Shown: positions 1 to 10,108, counted from the stretch's first letter. The stretch: 56,622 bases of DNA from Smithella sp. (GCA_012797505.1 JAAZOZ010000424.1:1-56622); one strand, 5' to 3'. The notes: a model not told the origin generated them from the letters alone. A program made the numbers and translations.

Positions 1-27
1 AATCGAGCGTTTGCGAACATCAGGGAA

Positions 28-1533
28 ATGGTGGAAACACAGGGTCGCCGCTGTCAGGACAGGATCGCCATCCGCTTTTACGACCGGGATATCACGTACC
101 GTGACCTGGATGACGAGAGCAACCGCATAGCCAACGGCCTTCTGAAGCTGGGGGTCGGAAAGGGCGACCGGGTCTGTCTGCTCATGGATAACAGCCCGGA
201 ATTTTACTACGTATATTTTGGAATCATCAAAATCGGCGGCATCGCCGGTCCGGTCAACTGCTGGTGGCAGGCCGCGGAAATCCGGTACCTGCTGCAGGAT
301 TCCGGGGCCGTGGCCCTGTTTTGCGATCACAACTATCGGGGACTCGTCGACCAAATCATCGGTGAAACACCGGACATGCAGCACGTCATTGAACGGGAAG
401 CGGCTGACGATCGTTTTCTGCCGTTCGAAAAAATGCTGACGGAGCCGGTGTCCCTTGCGGATGCGGCGATCAGCCCCGACGATGTGTCCACGATCGTCTA
501 TACCTCGGGAACCACGGGAAACCCGAAGGGGGTTTTGCTTACCCACAGAAACATCCTGACCAATTCCTGGCAGGCCAGTCTGCTGGCCAACATCGATGAG
601 AATGATGTCATTTTGTGCTTCCTGCCGCTCTTCCACGTCAACGGCCTCGTGATTACCGGAACATCTCCCTTGAGCAAAGGCTCCCAGATCGTCCTGCGCC
701 GCAACTTTTCCGCGTCGGAATTCTGGGAATGCGTCGCGAAATACCGCGTGTCGATCTTCAGCGGCGTGCCGACGGTTTATCAGATTCTGCTCAACACGCC
801 GGGGTTTGAGGGATTGGACGTGTCGTCGCTGCGCTACGGCGTGTGCGGCGCGGCCCCCATGCCGGTGGAGACCATCCGCAAGTTTGAGGAAACGTTTCAC
901 ATGATCATCATTGAAGGCTACGGGCTGACCGAAAGCACGGCCGGGGCAACGGCCAACCCCATCAACGGCGTCCGGAAAATCGGCTCCATCGGAATTCCGT
1001 TTGCGGGAACCGAAATCCGGATTCTGGACGATGCGGACCAGGAGGTCCCCCAGGGAGAGGTGGGAGAAATTTGCATCCGCGGCGACCATGTCATGAAAGG
1101 CTACTTCAACAAACCGGAGGACACCGCCCAGACCCTGCGCGGCGGGTGGCTCCACACGGGGGACATGGCCTATAAAGACGAGGACGGCTACCTGTTTATC
1201 GTGGACCGGAAAAAGGAAATGATCATCCGGGGCGGTGAAAACATCTACCCCAAGGAGCTGGAAGGCATCATCTGCCGGCACCCCGACGTCGCGGAGGTAG
1301 CGGTAGTCGGCATCCCCGACGCGATCTACGGGGAAGAGGTCATGGCCTGTCTGGTTCTCCATCCGGACCGGACGCTGACGGAGGAAGCCTTTCAAGACTG
1401 GTGCCGGGCCAACATGGCGTCCTATAAGGTGCCGAAATACGTTAATATCCGCGCCTCCCTGCCCAGGAACATTCTGGGGAAACTCCTCAAGAAAGAACTG
1501 AAAGCCGCCCTGAAGTCGGAGGGAAAAATCTGA
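28..1533 (+). CDS. AMP-dependent acyl-CoA synthetase/ligase (FadD-like)
   Basis: 501-aa ORF with adenylate-forming motifs YTSGTTGNPKGV, EGYGLTE and TGDMAYKDEDGYLFIVDRKKEMI, plus the C-terminal SYKVPKY lysine. The frame stays open back to nt 1, so the true start may lie upstream of the window. Confidence 0.85.
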   Translation: MVETQGRRCQDRIAIRFYDRDITYRDLDDESNRIANGLLKLGVGKGDRVCLLMDNSPEFYYVYFGIIKIGGIAGPVNCWWQAAEIRYLLQDSGAVALFCDHNYRGLVDQIIGETPDMQHVIEREAADDRFLPFEKMLTEPVSLADAAISPDDVSTIVYTSGTTGNPKGVLLTHRNILTNSWQASLLANIDENDVILCFLPLFHVNGLVITGTSPLSKGSQIVLRRNFSASEFWECVAKYRVSIFSGVPTVYQILLNTPGFEGLDVSSLRYGVCGAAPMPVETIRKFEETFHMIIIEGYGLTESTAGATANPINGVRKIGSIGIPFAGTEIRILDDADQEVPQGEVGEICIRGDHVMKGYFNKPEDTAQTLRGGWLHTGDMAYKDEDGYLFIVDRKKEMIIRGGENIYPKELEGIICRHPDVAEVAVVGIPDAIYGEEVMACLVLHPDRTLTEEAFQDWCRANMASYKVPKYVNIRASLPRNILGKLLKKELKAALKSEGKI

Positions 1534-1590
1534 CCGGGACCGGCGGGGGACCGCGCGAACAGAAATGATTAAAATTTTCAGGAGGCAACC

Positions 1591-2817
1591 ATGAAAATAT
1601 CATCCATTGAGCTTTATCATGTGCAGGTTCCCTTGAAGCAGACGTTTTGGCCCACGTGGATCCCCGGCTATCCGCAGACGCACAACGGGTTCACGCTGAT
1701 CAAGCTGGTCACGGACGACGGCATCGAAGGATATTCCGCGGGTTCCGCCCTGGGACTTGAGCGGCAAGGTTTGGGCGATCTCATCGGCGGGTATCTGCTG
1801 GGCGCGGACCCGACCGACATCGAATCGGTGCAGGCCCTGCTGAAACAGGCCGGCATCCTGGGATGGAGAAATTTCTGGATCGAGCCGGCGTGCTGGGACA
1901 TCATCGGCAAGAGCAAGGGAAAGCCCGTCTATGAACTTCTGGGCGGCGAGAAACGGCCCATCGAGGTGTACTGTTCCACGGGGGAAATGCACGAACCGGA
2001 AAAGAGAGTGGAAGAGCTCCTGGCCATGAAGGAGCGCGGGTTCAAAACGGCAAAACTGCGGGTAAAAAACAAGGATCTGAAGGACGACATCCGACATATC
2101 GAGGTCGTCCGGAAAGGCATCGGAGACCGGCTGGTTTTAGGCGTGGACGCCAACCAGGGATGGCTGGTGACGATTGTGGACAAAATTCCCGCGTGGGACC
2201 TGAAGCGCGCGACGGCCTTTGCGGAAGTCTGCGCCGCGAACGGCATCTCCTGGCTGGAAGAGCCTCTGGATTCGCGGGACTACGACGGCAATGCCGCCCT
2301 GAAAAAAGTCTCCAAAGTCAGAATCTCCGGCGCCGAACTCAACTACGGATGGGATGAGATCAAGATCATGTTCGAAAAGGACTGCTTCCACATTTACCAG
2401 CCTGACGCAACCTTCGCCGGAGGAATTGCCCAGGTGAAGAAGGTGATTGACGCCAGCCATGCCCACCAACGGGAATACTCCCCGCATACCTGGACCAACG
2501 GAATCGGGTTTTACGTAAACTGGAACCTCGTCCTGGCCGATAAAGGCAATGCCCTTCCCCTGGAATACCCCCTGGAGGAGCCCTCCTGGGCGCCGGAACA
2601 AAGAGAAGGGATCATCGACCCGATCCTTCCCGACCAAAACGCGATGCTTGCGCCGTTTACAAAGCCGGGCCTTGGATTTGAGATCAACCAGAGCCTGCTG
2701 AACAAATACGGAAAGCGGTTTTTCAAGCTGACGGAACTGCGACAGAAAATCAAGGTGATTCGCCAGAAAGGCCTGAAGACAGCGCTGGCACTGAAGAAAA
2801 GAAAAGAATCCCAGTAG
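1591..2817 (+). CDS. Enolase-superfamily enzyme, mandelate racemase/muconate lactonizing family
   Basis: 408-aa ORF preceded by an AGGAGG RBS. It has a KxK motif (AKLRVK), metal ligands in VDANQGW / LEEP / SGAEL, and a QPD...PHTW acid-base dyad. It also carries a basic C-terminal tail. Confidence 0.8.
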   Translation: MKISSIELYHVQVPLKQTFWPTWIPGYPQTHNGFTLIKLVTDDGIEGYSAGSALGLERQGLGDLIGGYLLGADPTDIESVQALLKQAGILGWRNFWIEPACWDIIGKSKGKPVYELLGGEKRPIEVYCSTGEMHEPEKRVEELLAMKERGFKTAKLRVKNKDLKDDIRHIEVVRKGIGDRLVLGVDANQGWLVTIVDKIPAWDLKRATAFAEVCAANGISWLEEPLDSRDYDGNAALKKVSKVRISGAELNYGWDEIKIMFEKDCFHIYQPDATFAGGIAQVKKVIDASHAHQREYSPHTWTNGIGFYVNWNLVLADKGNALPLEYPLEEPSWAPEQREGIIDPILPDQNAMLAPFTKPGLGFEINQSLLNKYGKRFFKLTELRQKIKVIRQKGLKTALALKKRKESQ

Positions 2818-2882
2818 CCTGATGAGGGCATTTCGACGGCCAGGTCCGGGATATTTTCGGAAAATAACAGCCCCAGCCTTCT

Positions 2883-3542
2883 CTATCCCAACTTTCCGGG
2901 GGTCACCGCCGGGTTTGCGCCGAGCTCGATGATCGCATACCGTCCCTTCTTGAAGCTTCCGGTGTTGACGACCAACGTGTTTTGAAAACGTTCAATGCCA
3001 TGCGCCTCGTGAATGTGGCCGCAGAGACAGAGGCCGACCGGATGGGCTTCGAGAAATGCTTTCACACTGTGACTCCCCCCGCGCAACCCGATGAAGGACC
3101 GGTCCCGGACGGAACGAGGAGGAGCATGGGAAATCAAAACCAGCCGGGAAGCCTGCCGGACCTGCTCATATCCTGTTTTTAAAATCCGGGCGATTTCTTC
3201 TTCCGAATATACCGTGGCGGTAGGAATCGGAGTCGGCGACGACCCGCCGACGCCGAAGAATCCCGTCCCGTCCAGAATCCGGCCCCTGCCGTGCAGAGAA
3301 AAACCTTTTTCTTCAAGAACGTCTTTGACTTCCTCCCGATCCCAGTTGCCATGCACGGCGAGGATCCGTTTTGAATGTTGCTCCAGACACCCAAGAACAT
3401 CCTTTGCCTCGGTCCGCGTTTTGGTGTGCGTGATGTCGCCGGAAATGACCACCGCGTCAGCCTCGCGGATAAGATGGGCAGCTTTTTCAATGGACCGGGT
3501 AGCCCCGTGAATATCGCTGACGGCAAAAATTTTCATATCCAT
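2883..3542 (-). CDS. Metallophosphoesterase (calcineurin-like, YfcE/MJ0936-type)
   Basis: 219 aa with phosphoesterase motifs DIHG, SGDIT, HGNWD, SHAPP and CGHIHEAH. Confidence 0.8.
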   Translation of the reverse strand: MDMKIFAVSDIHGATRSIEKAAHLIREADAVVISGDITHTKTRTEAKDVLGCLEQHSKRILAVHGNWDREEVKDVLEEKGFSLHGRGRILDGTGFFGVGGSSPTPIPTATVYSEEEIARILKTGYEQVRQASRLVLISHAPPRSVRDRSFIGLRGGSHSVKAFLEAHPVGLCLCGHIHEAHGIERFQNTLVVNTGSFKKGRYAIIELGANPAVTPGKLG

Positions 3543-3625
3543 TCATCCGGGGAGTTCAATGATTTTTCCATGCTCTTCCAATCAATGGAAATCTCGACCA
3601 ACGCCTGATTTCCGTCATCCTCACG

Positions 3626-5380
3626 TTATGCCTTTACGGGTCCGTTCAACGGAAAGCACAGCGATACGGTTGTGCCTCGTCCCGGCCGGCTTTCGATTTC
3701 CATCCTGCCGCCGTGCGCGAGCATCAGATGTTTGACGATCGACAATCCCAGTCCCGTGCCGCCCAGCTCACGCGAGCGCGCCTTGTCCACGCGGTAAAAG
3801 CGCTCGCCCAGGCGCTGTACTTCCTCCACGGGAATTCCAATGCCGGTATCGCTGATCTTCAAAACCACCTGATCGCCTCTTTCTTCGGCTTCCATCGTGA
3901 TCCGCCCCCCCTCCGGCGTAAACTTTACGGCGTTGTCCAGCACGTTGACCAGGATCTGGCTGAGACGGTCCCGATCCGCCTTGATGGGCCTGAGATTCTG
4001 CGGCAGCCGGTTTTGCATGGCGATGGTTTTGGCCGCGGCTTTGGCATCCAGAAGGGAGATGACGCTGTCCATGGCTTCCGGAAGAAAAACAGCTTCGAAG
4101 CGAAAAACCACCTCCCCGAGTTCAATCCTCGACAGGATCATCAGGTCTTCCACCAGGCGATGGAGCCGCCGGGCCTGTTTGAGCATGATATCGGTGAAGC
4201 GCTTCGCATCCCCGGGATTCTCCAGGGCGCCGGCCTGAAGCGTTTCCAGATAGCCGATGACGGCCGTAAGCGGCGTGCGGATTTCATGCGTGACATTTGC
4301 CACAAAATCCGTCCGGACACGCTCCAGTTTCTTCAGCCGGGTCACGTCATGAAAGACGATCATGACTTTTTCTTCCCCGGGAAGCCCCTGAACTTCGGAC
4401 AGGCTGACGTTCATGATCACGGTTTCGGCGGCTCCCAGAGCAATTTCGCGCAAAATACTTTGCCGGGTCTGCTTAAAACTCTGAAACGCCTTCTGAAGTT
4501 CGGCATTGCGAAAAGCTTCCAGAAGCGTCTTGCCCAGAAAGTCTTCGTATTGGCCGGAAAGAATGCCGGCCAGCAACGGGCTTAAAAATTCGATCCGTTC
4601 ATCTCTGTTCAGAATCACGACACCTTCGTTGATGCTGGTCAGAGCGGTCATCAGTTTGCTTTTTTCCTCGTTGGCCAGCCGGATCTTGTCCCTGAGCTCC
4701 TCCACCAGATAGTTGATGTTATCCGCCAGCGTTCGGGTTTCATCGGACGTCCTGAGCATGATGGAGCCGACGGGTTGCCCCCTGCGCAGCCGCTGCGTAA
4801 ATTCCTCCATCATCCGGATGGGGGCGGCCAGCCGATGGGAAAAAAACAGGGCGACCGCCAGAGACACCAGCGCGCCGATCAGCATCGCCAGGAAAATGGA
4901 CTGATAAACTTGATCAACCGCGCTCTGGACATCATGAAGCGGCCTTGCCAGACGGACATAGCCCCTGCTGTTTTTCCCGTCCTGGATGGCCACGGCCACA
5001 TAAAGCATGTTCACGCCCAGCGAACTGCTGTAACGGACAGCCTTTCCCTTTCCTCTCAGCCTCGCCTCCTGAATCTCCGGACGAAACAGATGGTTCTCCA
5101 GTCCGGCGATCGCCTTTTCCGAATCGGCAAAAACGACGCCCCGCTCATTCACGAGCGTCACGCGGGACTTGGATATTTTACTGATCCGCTGAAGATGCGC
5201 GGACATGGCCTGTGGCGCGTTCAGATCCACCAGCTCGGCATAATGCATCAATTCCTGTTCGATTCCGGCTGTCATGATTCCGGATATCCGGTCTTTGACG
5301 AGCAGATGCAGGATAAAGAAAGACACGCTGATGATCACCAGATAGGAAAATAATATTTTGAGGAATAAATTGCGTTTCAC
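3626..5380 (-). CDS. phoR: Phosphate regulon sensor histidine kinase PhoR
   Basis: 584 aa with N-terminal TM segments, a PAS-like middle, H-box VTHEIRTPL, N-box LDNAVKFT, and G-boxes DTGIGI / GGTGLGLSIVK. It sits directly downstream of phoU-pstB. Confidence 0.85.
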   Translation of the reverse strand: MKRNLFLKILFSYLVIISVSFFILHLLVKDRISGIMTAGIEQELMHYAELVDLNAPQAMSAHLQRISKISKSRVTLVNERGVVFADSEKAIAGLENHLFRPEIQEARLRGKGKAVRYSSSLGVNMLYVAVAIQDGKNSRGYVRLARPLHDVQSAVDQVYQSIFLAMLIGALVSLAVALFFSHRLAAPIRMMEEFTQRLRRGQPVGSIMLRTSDETRTLADNINYLVEELRDKIRLANEEKSKLMTALTSINEGVVILNRDERIEFLSPLLAGILSGQYEDFLGKTLLEAFRNAELQKAFQSFKQTRQSILREIALGAAETVIMNVSLSEVQGLPGEEKVMIVFHDVTRLKKLERVRTDFVANVTHEIRTPLTAVIGYLETLQAGALENPGDAKRFTDIMLKQARRLHRLVEDLMILSRIELGEVVFRFEAVFLPEAMDSVISLLDAKAAAKTIAMQNRLPQNLRPIKADRDRLSQILVNVLDNAVKFTPEGGRITMEAEERGDQVVLKISDTGIGIPVEEVQRLGERFYRVDKARSRELGGTGLGLSIVKHLMLAHGGRMEIESRPGRGTTVSLCFPLNGPVKA

Positions 5381-5389
5381 ACGGCCTCC

Positions 5390-6076
5390 TCAGGTCGTCA
5401 TGCCGCAGGATTGATGGCGCACGCAATTTCCTGTCACCATGTAGGTTACCATGTCGGCGATTCCCTTGGCGTGATCGGCGATCCGCTCCATGTTCTTGGA
5501 AATCTGCATAACCAGAAGAGCCCTGTGGATATTTTTGGAATCCTCCATCATAAACGTCAGGAGCTCGCGGAAAATCTGCTCGTTGAGATCGTCAATCACC
5601 TGTTCCAGCCTGCGGACTTGCTCCGCCTTTTCCAGATCGCTGTTGATAAAGCTGTCCAATGAATCCCTGATCATGTTTCCGACCAGTTCGGACATGCGCG
5701 GCAAATCAATATAGGGCTTGAGCTGCGGCTCTTCGTTGAGCCGCATGACCTTTTCGGCGATGTTCACGGCCATATCCCCGATGCGCTCCAAATGGCCGGT
5801 AATCTTGATGGCGGTTGTGATAAAGCGCAGATCGATCGCCGCCGGCTGGCGAAGCGCCAGAATCTTGATGCAGCGCTCTTCCAGGTCGGTGTCCAGGCGG
5901 TCGATTTCGTCATCCTCCCGGACAACCTGATGAGCAAGTTCCGTATCGCGGCCGGACAGGGACTTCATCGCCTTGCCGATCGCGGCCTCGGTCAGCACAC
6001 CCAGATAGATCAGGCCGTCCTTGATCGTCTGCAATTCCTTTTCATAATGCAAGCTGGTGTGTCGTTTTTCTTCCAT
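5390..6076 (-). CDS. phoU: Phosphate signalling/transport accessory protein PhoU
   Basis: 228 aa with a duplicated PhoU helical repeat (ERIGDMAVNIAE / ERIADHAKGIAD). It follows pstB. Confidence 0.9.
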   Translation of the reverse strand: MEEKRHTSLHYEKELQTIKDGLIYLGVLTEAAIGKAMKSLSGRDTELAHQVVREDDEIDRLDTDLEERCIKILALRQPAAIDLRFITTAIKITGHLERIGDMAVNIAEKVMRLNEEPQLKPYIDLPRMSELVGNMIRDSLDSFINSDLEKAEQVRRLEQVIDDLNEQIFRELLTFMMEDSKNIHRALLVMQISKNMERIADHAKGIADMVTYMVTGNCVRHQSCGMTT

Positions 6077-6096
6077 GATTCATCCTCCCGAAATGA

Positions 6097-6855
6097 TCAA
6101 CCGAAGCGGCCTGTAATATAATCCTCCGTCTGTTTGACATCCGGCTTGGTAAAGATTTTCTCCGTTTTGTTGTATTCAATCAAATTCCCCAGATAAAAGA
6201 AAGCCGTTTCATCCGAAACGCGGGCGGCCTGCTGCATGTTGTGCGTCACAATAATGATCGTGTAATTTTCCTTCAGCTCTTCGATCAACTCTTCAATCTT
6301 GGCGGTGGAAATGGGATCCAGCGCCGAGGTCGGTTCGTCCATCAATAAGATGTCCGGCTTCATCGCCAGCGCGCGCGCGATGCACAGCCGCTGCTGCTGG
6401 CCGCCGGAGAGATTCATGGCCGATTTGTTGAGGATATCCTTCACCTCATCCCACAAAACGGCCTGTTTCAGACTTTGTTCCACCAGGGCGTCCATATCGG
6501 CGACGGAAGTCCCGGTGAGCTTGGGTCCATAGGAAATATTGTTGTGGATGGTTTTAGGAAACGGATTGGGTTTCTGAAAAACCATGCCGATCTTGCGGCG
6601 GATCTCCACCGGATCGACGTCCGGCGCGTAAATGTTCCGGCCTTCAAAAAGGATTTCCCCTTCCACCTTCGTTGCGTCAATCAATTCATTCATCCGATTT
6701 AAAAGCCGCAACAGCGTTGATTTGCCGCATCCGGACGGTCCGATCAGCGCCGTCACCTTATTTTTTTTAAACGTCATCGAGATGTCCGTCAGGGCACGCA
6801 CGGCGCCGTAATAAAAGTTCACCCTGTTGACGGAAATAATATCGCCTGCTTCCAT
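6097..6855 (-). CDS. pstB: Phosphate ABC transporter ATP-binding protein PstB
   Basis: Walker [10 protein letters not shown], signature LSGGQQQR, Walker [13 protein letters not shown]. The ATG at 6855 has an AAGGTGG SD. The tracked ORF extends to a GTG at 6864. Confidence 0.93.
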   Translation of the reverse strand: MEAGDIISVNRVNFYYGAVRALTDISMTFKKNKVTALIGPSGCGKSTLLRLLNRMNELIDATKVEGEILFEGRNIYAPDVDPVEIRRKIGMVFQKPNPFPKTIHNNISYGPKLTGTSVADMDALVEQSLKQAVLWDEVKDILNKSAMNLSGGQQQRLCIARALAMKPDILLMDEPTSALDPISTAKIEELIEELKENYTIIIVTHNMQQAARVSDETAFFYLGNLIEYNKTEKIFTKPDVKQTEDYITGRFG

Positions 6856-6857
6856 GG

Positions 6858-7736
6858 CTACCACCTTTTATTCCTTCTCATAGACCCGCGGATCAAGATC
6901 GCGATCAGGTCAATGCCCAGAACCACCGCAACCAGCACCAGCACGGTGCCGAACTGGATGGGCCTTGTGGCCTCAATATTCGTTCCCGCCGTGGCCAGAA
7001 CATAAATATGGTACGGCAGGGCCATCACTTCATCAAAAACCGATCCCGGCAGTTTGGCGGTGAAATACGCGGCGGCCGTGAACATGATCGGCGCCGTTTC
7101 TCCCGCGGCCCGCCCGATGCCCAGAATGGAGCCGGTCAGAATGCCGGGGAGCGCGTTGGGCAGCACAATCCGGTAAATCGTCTGCCACTTGGACACCCCC
7201 AGGGACAGAGAGGCTTCGCGAAAGGTCTGCGGCACCGCTTTGAGCGCCTCTTCCGATGCGCCGATAATGGTCGGCAGGATCAAAAATCCCAGCGTCAGAG
7301 AGCCGGAAAGAATACTCGAGCCGAATTTTAGAAAAATAACGAAAAACCCCAGGCCGAAAAGACCGAAAACCACCGAGGGCACGCCGGCCAGGCAGTTGAT
7401 TCCAACCTTGATGAGCCTGATCACCCGGCCCTGCCTGGCATATTCGGTCAGATAAACCGCCGAAGCGATGCCCAGCGGAAGTCCAATGGCAATCGCGCCG
7501 ATCGTCAGATAAATCGTGCCCAGAATAGCGGGCATGATGCCGCCTTTGGTCATGGAATCCGTCGGCGGTTTGGTGATGAAGTCCCAACTGATCACGGAGA
7601 TGCCGTTTGCCAGAATATACAAAAGAATGCCGCCCAATGCTAGCGTGATGACGAGCGCCGAGGCGCGCACCAGAACAAAAAATACGTTCTGTTTGAAGTA
7701 ACGCCAGCGCATGGAATGGTTTTTCAGATTCTTCAT
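6858..7736 (-). CDS. pstA: Phosphate ABC transporter permease PstA
   Basis: 292-aa multi-TM permease with the EAA-type loop ([20 protein letters not shown]), located between pstC and pstB. Confidence 0.9.
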   Translation of the reverse strand: MKNLKNHSMRWRYFKQNVFFVLVRASALVITLALGGILLYILANGISVISWDFITKPPTDSMTKGGIMPAILGTIYLTIGAIAIGLPLGIASAVYLTEYARQGRVIRLIKVGINCLAGVPSVVFGLFGLGFFVIFLKFGSSILSGSLTLGFLILPTIIGASEEALKAVPQTFREASLSLGVSKWQTIYRIVLPNALPGILTGSILGIGRAAGETAPIMFTAAAYFTAKLPGSVFDEVMALPYHIYVLATAGTNIEATRPIQFGTVLVLVAVVLGIDLIAILIRGSMRRNKRW

Positions 7737-7745
7737 GCGCCTCCC

Positions 7746-8633
7746 TTACAGCGTCGCGGAACCGGTCTGGCGGAACTTGTGGGACACATAATCGGCAATC
7801 AGGTTAAACGCCAGCGTAAGAAAGAACAGCACCATGCCGATGGCGAAAAGCGCCTGGTAGTGCGCGCTGCCGTACGGCGTCTCCCCCATCTCGGCGGCGA
7901 TGGAGGCCGGCATCGGACGAACCGGGTCAAACAGACTCTCCGGAATCGCCGCCGCGCCGCCCGCCACCATCAACACAACCATGGTCTCGCCGACGGCCCG
8001 GGCCATGCCCAGCATGACCGCCGTTGAAATCCCGGAGAGTGCCGCAGGTACGATCACCTGCGCAATCGTTTCAAATTTCGTGGCCCCCAGCGCGTAGGAG
8101 GCCTCCTTGAATTCGCGGGGAACGGCGTAGAGCGCGTCTTCGGAAATGCTGGAAATCGTGGGAATTGCCATGATCGCCAGAATAACGGAGGCGTTGATGA
8201 TGTTGAGCCCCGTGGGCAGATCGAACGTCTCCTGCAGCCAGGGCGCCACGATCACCATCCCGAAAAATCCCAGAACGACGGACGGCAATCCCGCCAGCAG
8301 TTCAATGACGGATTTGAGAATTTCCTTGATGCGCTGCGGGGCGATTTCAGAAATGTAAATCGCCGCCATCACGCCCAGCGGCACGGCAATCAGCGTGGCA
8401 ATCAGCGTCACAATAAGCGAACCAACCACCAGCGGAAAAATTCCGAAGGAGGGCGGGTCGTAGGTGGGATACCATTCTTTTCCGAAAAGAAAATCTTTTA
8501 CGGATACGGATGTAAACAGCGGCAGGCCTTCCCGAAAAAGAGAAAATACGATCAATCCCAGCACCAGAACGGAAACCAGAGCGAAAAGCAGGAAAATGTA
8601 TTGAATAATAATTTCTTTTGTCTGTCTGGTCAT
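7746..8633 (-). CDS. pstC: Phosphate ABC transporter permease PstC
   Basis: 295-aa multi-TM permease with an EAA loop (EASYALGATKFETIAQVIVP), located upstream of pstA. Confidence 0.9.
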   Translation of the reverse strand: MTRQTKEIIIQYIFLLFALVSVLVLGLIVFSLFREGLPLFTSVSVKDFLFGKEWYPTYDPPSFGIFPLVVGSLIVTLIATLIAVPLGVMAAIYISEIAPQRIKEILKSVIELLAGLPSVVLGFFGMVIVAPWLQETFDLPTGLNIINASVILAIMAIPTISSISEDALYAVPREFKEASYALGATKFETIAQVIVPAALSGISTAVMLGMARAVGETMVVLMVAGGAAAIPESLFDPVRPMPASIAAEMGETPYGSAHYQALFAIGMVLFFLTLAFNLIADYVSHKFRQTGSATL

Positions 8634-8693
8634 AAAAGCTCTCTGAAAAATAAAACCGCAGCAGAAACCCGGGGCATTCAGGCGATGGACACG

Positions 8694-9110
8694 CTAATGG
8701 AATTCTTTTTCTATCCATCTTTTTATTTCGTCGCGAACCCGCCGGTATTCCTGAATCAAATCTTCAGCGCTGCCCTGAAATCGCGAAGGATCAGAGAAAC
8801 CCTTGTGCATGCGAAAACGTCCGCCCGGAAAATACGGGCAGGCCTCCCGGGCCTGATCGCAAAGCGTAATCACATAGTCCAGGGGAACCTCTTGAAAAAC
8901 ACAGAACCCCTTTGAACGATGATGACTGACATCAATATTCGTTTCACTCATAACCGTTTTAACCAGAGGATCAATTTGCGAGGGATCGGAACCGGCGCTA
9001 TAGGCCGTATACCGATCCCCGTAAATATTGTTCAGAAGCGCCTCCGCCATCTGAGAACGGACCGCGTTATGCGTGCAGATAAATAAAACGGTTTGTTTGG
9101 GAAAATTCAT
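8694..9110 (-). CDS. arsC: Thioredoxin-coupled arsenate reductase (LMW-PTP fold, pI258 ArsC type)
   Basis: 138 aa with P-loop CTHNAVRS (CX5R), a TLCDQAREACP cysteine pair spaced like Cys82/Cys89 of S. aureus ArsC, a DPS motif and a C-terminal RVRDEIK. Confidence 0.78.
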   Translation of the reverse strand: MNFPKQTVLFICTHNAVRSQMAEALLNNIYGDRYTAYSAGSDPSQIDPLVKTVMSETNIDVSHHRSKGFCVFQEVPLDYVITLCDQAREACPYFPGGRFRMHKGFSDPSRFQGSAEDLIQEYRRVRDEIKRWIEKEFH

Positions 9111-9130
9111 TATCCAATATCCCCGGCTTT

Positions 9131-9982
9131 TTATTTCTTGCCGCGCCCGGACACTTTTTTTGCATCCATTAAAGGAACAAATCCCTCTCTGGCGACAATC
9201 TTCTGTCCTTCAGCGGATTTGACAAAGGCGATATATTTCGCAATCGATCCGTGGGGTTCTCCATCGGTGTACATGTAAAGTTCTCTGGAGAAGGGATATG
9301 CTTTGGACATGGCCGTCTGAAGAGAAGCCGTGATCCCATTCACCTGAAGGGGTTTGACGCTTTTATTGACATAACCGATGCCCAGGTAGGCAATTGCATA
9401 CTTGTTTTTGGACACCGCGGTGACCAGCGCGCCGTTGGAGGCCAGCATCTGGGCTTTGGGGGTCACTTTGGCCTTTTTCATCACAAAGTGGTCCCAGGAC
9501 TCAAAGGTGCCGGAAGAAGAATCGCGCGAGATCACCACAATCTTCAAATCATCGCCTCCGACTTCCTTCCAGTTGGTGATTTTGCCCTGATAAATCTGGC
9601 TGAGCTGGTCAATGCTCAGATTCTTGACTTTATTCTTGGGATGAACCACAGGAATAATCGCATCGTATGCCACCACGTGGGCCACCGGAGTGACGCCCTT
9701 GGATTTGGCAAGTTCGATTTCCTTGTCCTTGATTTCACGCGATGACGTGGCAATGTCGGTCGTCTTGTCGATCAAGGCCTTGATGCCCTCGCCGGATCCG
9801 CCGCCGGAAAGGGACATCTGCACGCCGGGATTGGCTTTCATGAAGGCTTCCAGCGTCCCCTGCGCCACCGGCAAAACGGTGGTCGATCCTTTGATGACGA
9901 TGGAATCGGCGGCAAAAGACACGCCGGCAGCCATCAAAAACGCGATGCTGAGAAGCGCTGCTTTTTGGAAAATACTGAACAT
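9131..9982 (-). CDS. pstS: Periplasmic phosphate-binding protein PstS
   Basis: 283 aa with a signal peptide ending AFA and PBP-like motifs (GSTTV, SGGGSGEG, SRDSSSGT). It is the first gene of the pst transporter and has a GGAGGAAG RBS. Confidence 0.9.
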   Translation of the reverse strand: MFSIFQKAALLSIAFLMAAGVSFAADSIVIKGSTTVLPVAQGTLEAFMKANPGVQMSLSGGGSGEGIKALIDKTTDIATSSREIKDKEIELAKSKGVTPVAHVVAYDAIIPVVHPKNKVKNLSIDQLSQIYQGKITNWKEVGGDDLKIVVISRDSSSGTFESWDHFVMKKAKVTPKAQMLASNGALVTAVSKNKYAIAYLGIGYVNKSVKPLQVNGITASLQTAMSKAYPFSRELYMYTDGEPHGSIAKYIAFVKSAEGQKIVAREGFVPLMDAKKVSGRGKK

Positions 9983-10014
9983 AGGTACTTCCTCCTGTTT
10001 TTAGATTTTCCGAC

Positions 10015-10048
10015 CTTATACGGGATGAATGTTACAGTTTGATGACGC
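10015..10048 (-). promoter_or_regulatory. Candidate Pho box plus -10 element upstream of pstS
   Basis: The minus strand reads GCGTCAT-CAAA-CTGTAAC, a 14/18 match to CTGTCATA(A/T)A(T/A)CTGTCA(C/T). A TATAAG hexamer follows 10 nt downstream, about 30 nt before the pstS RBS. Confidence 0.55.
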
Positions 10049-10108
10049 GTTAATGAATTTGTCAAAACAATGCCAAAGCAGGGAGCCCGCGTGAGAGAAG
10101 ATGGTTTT

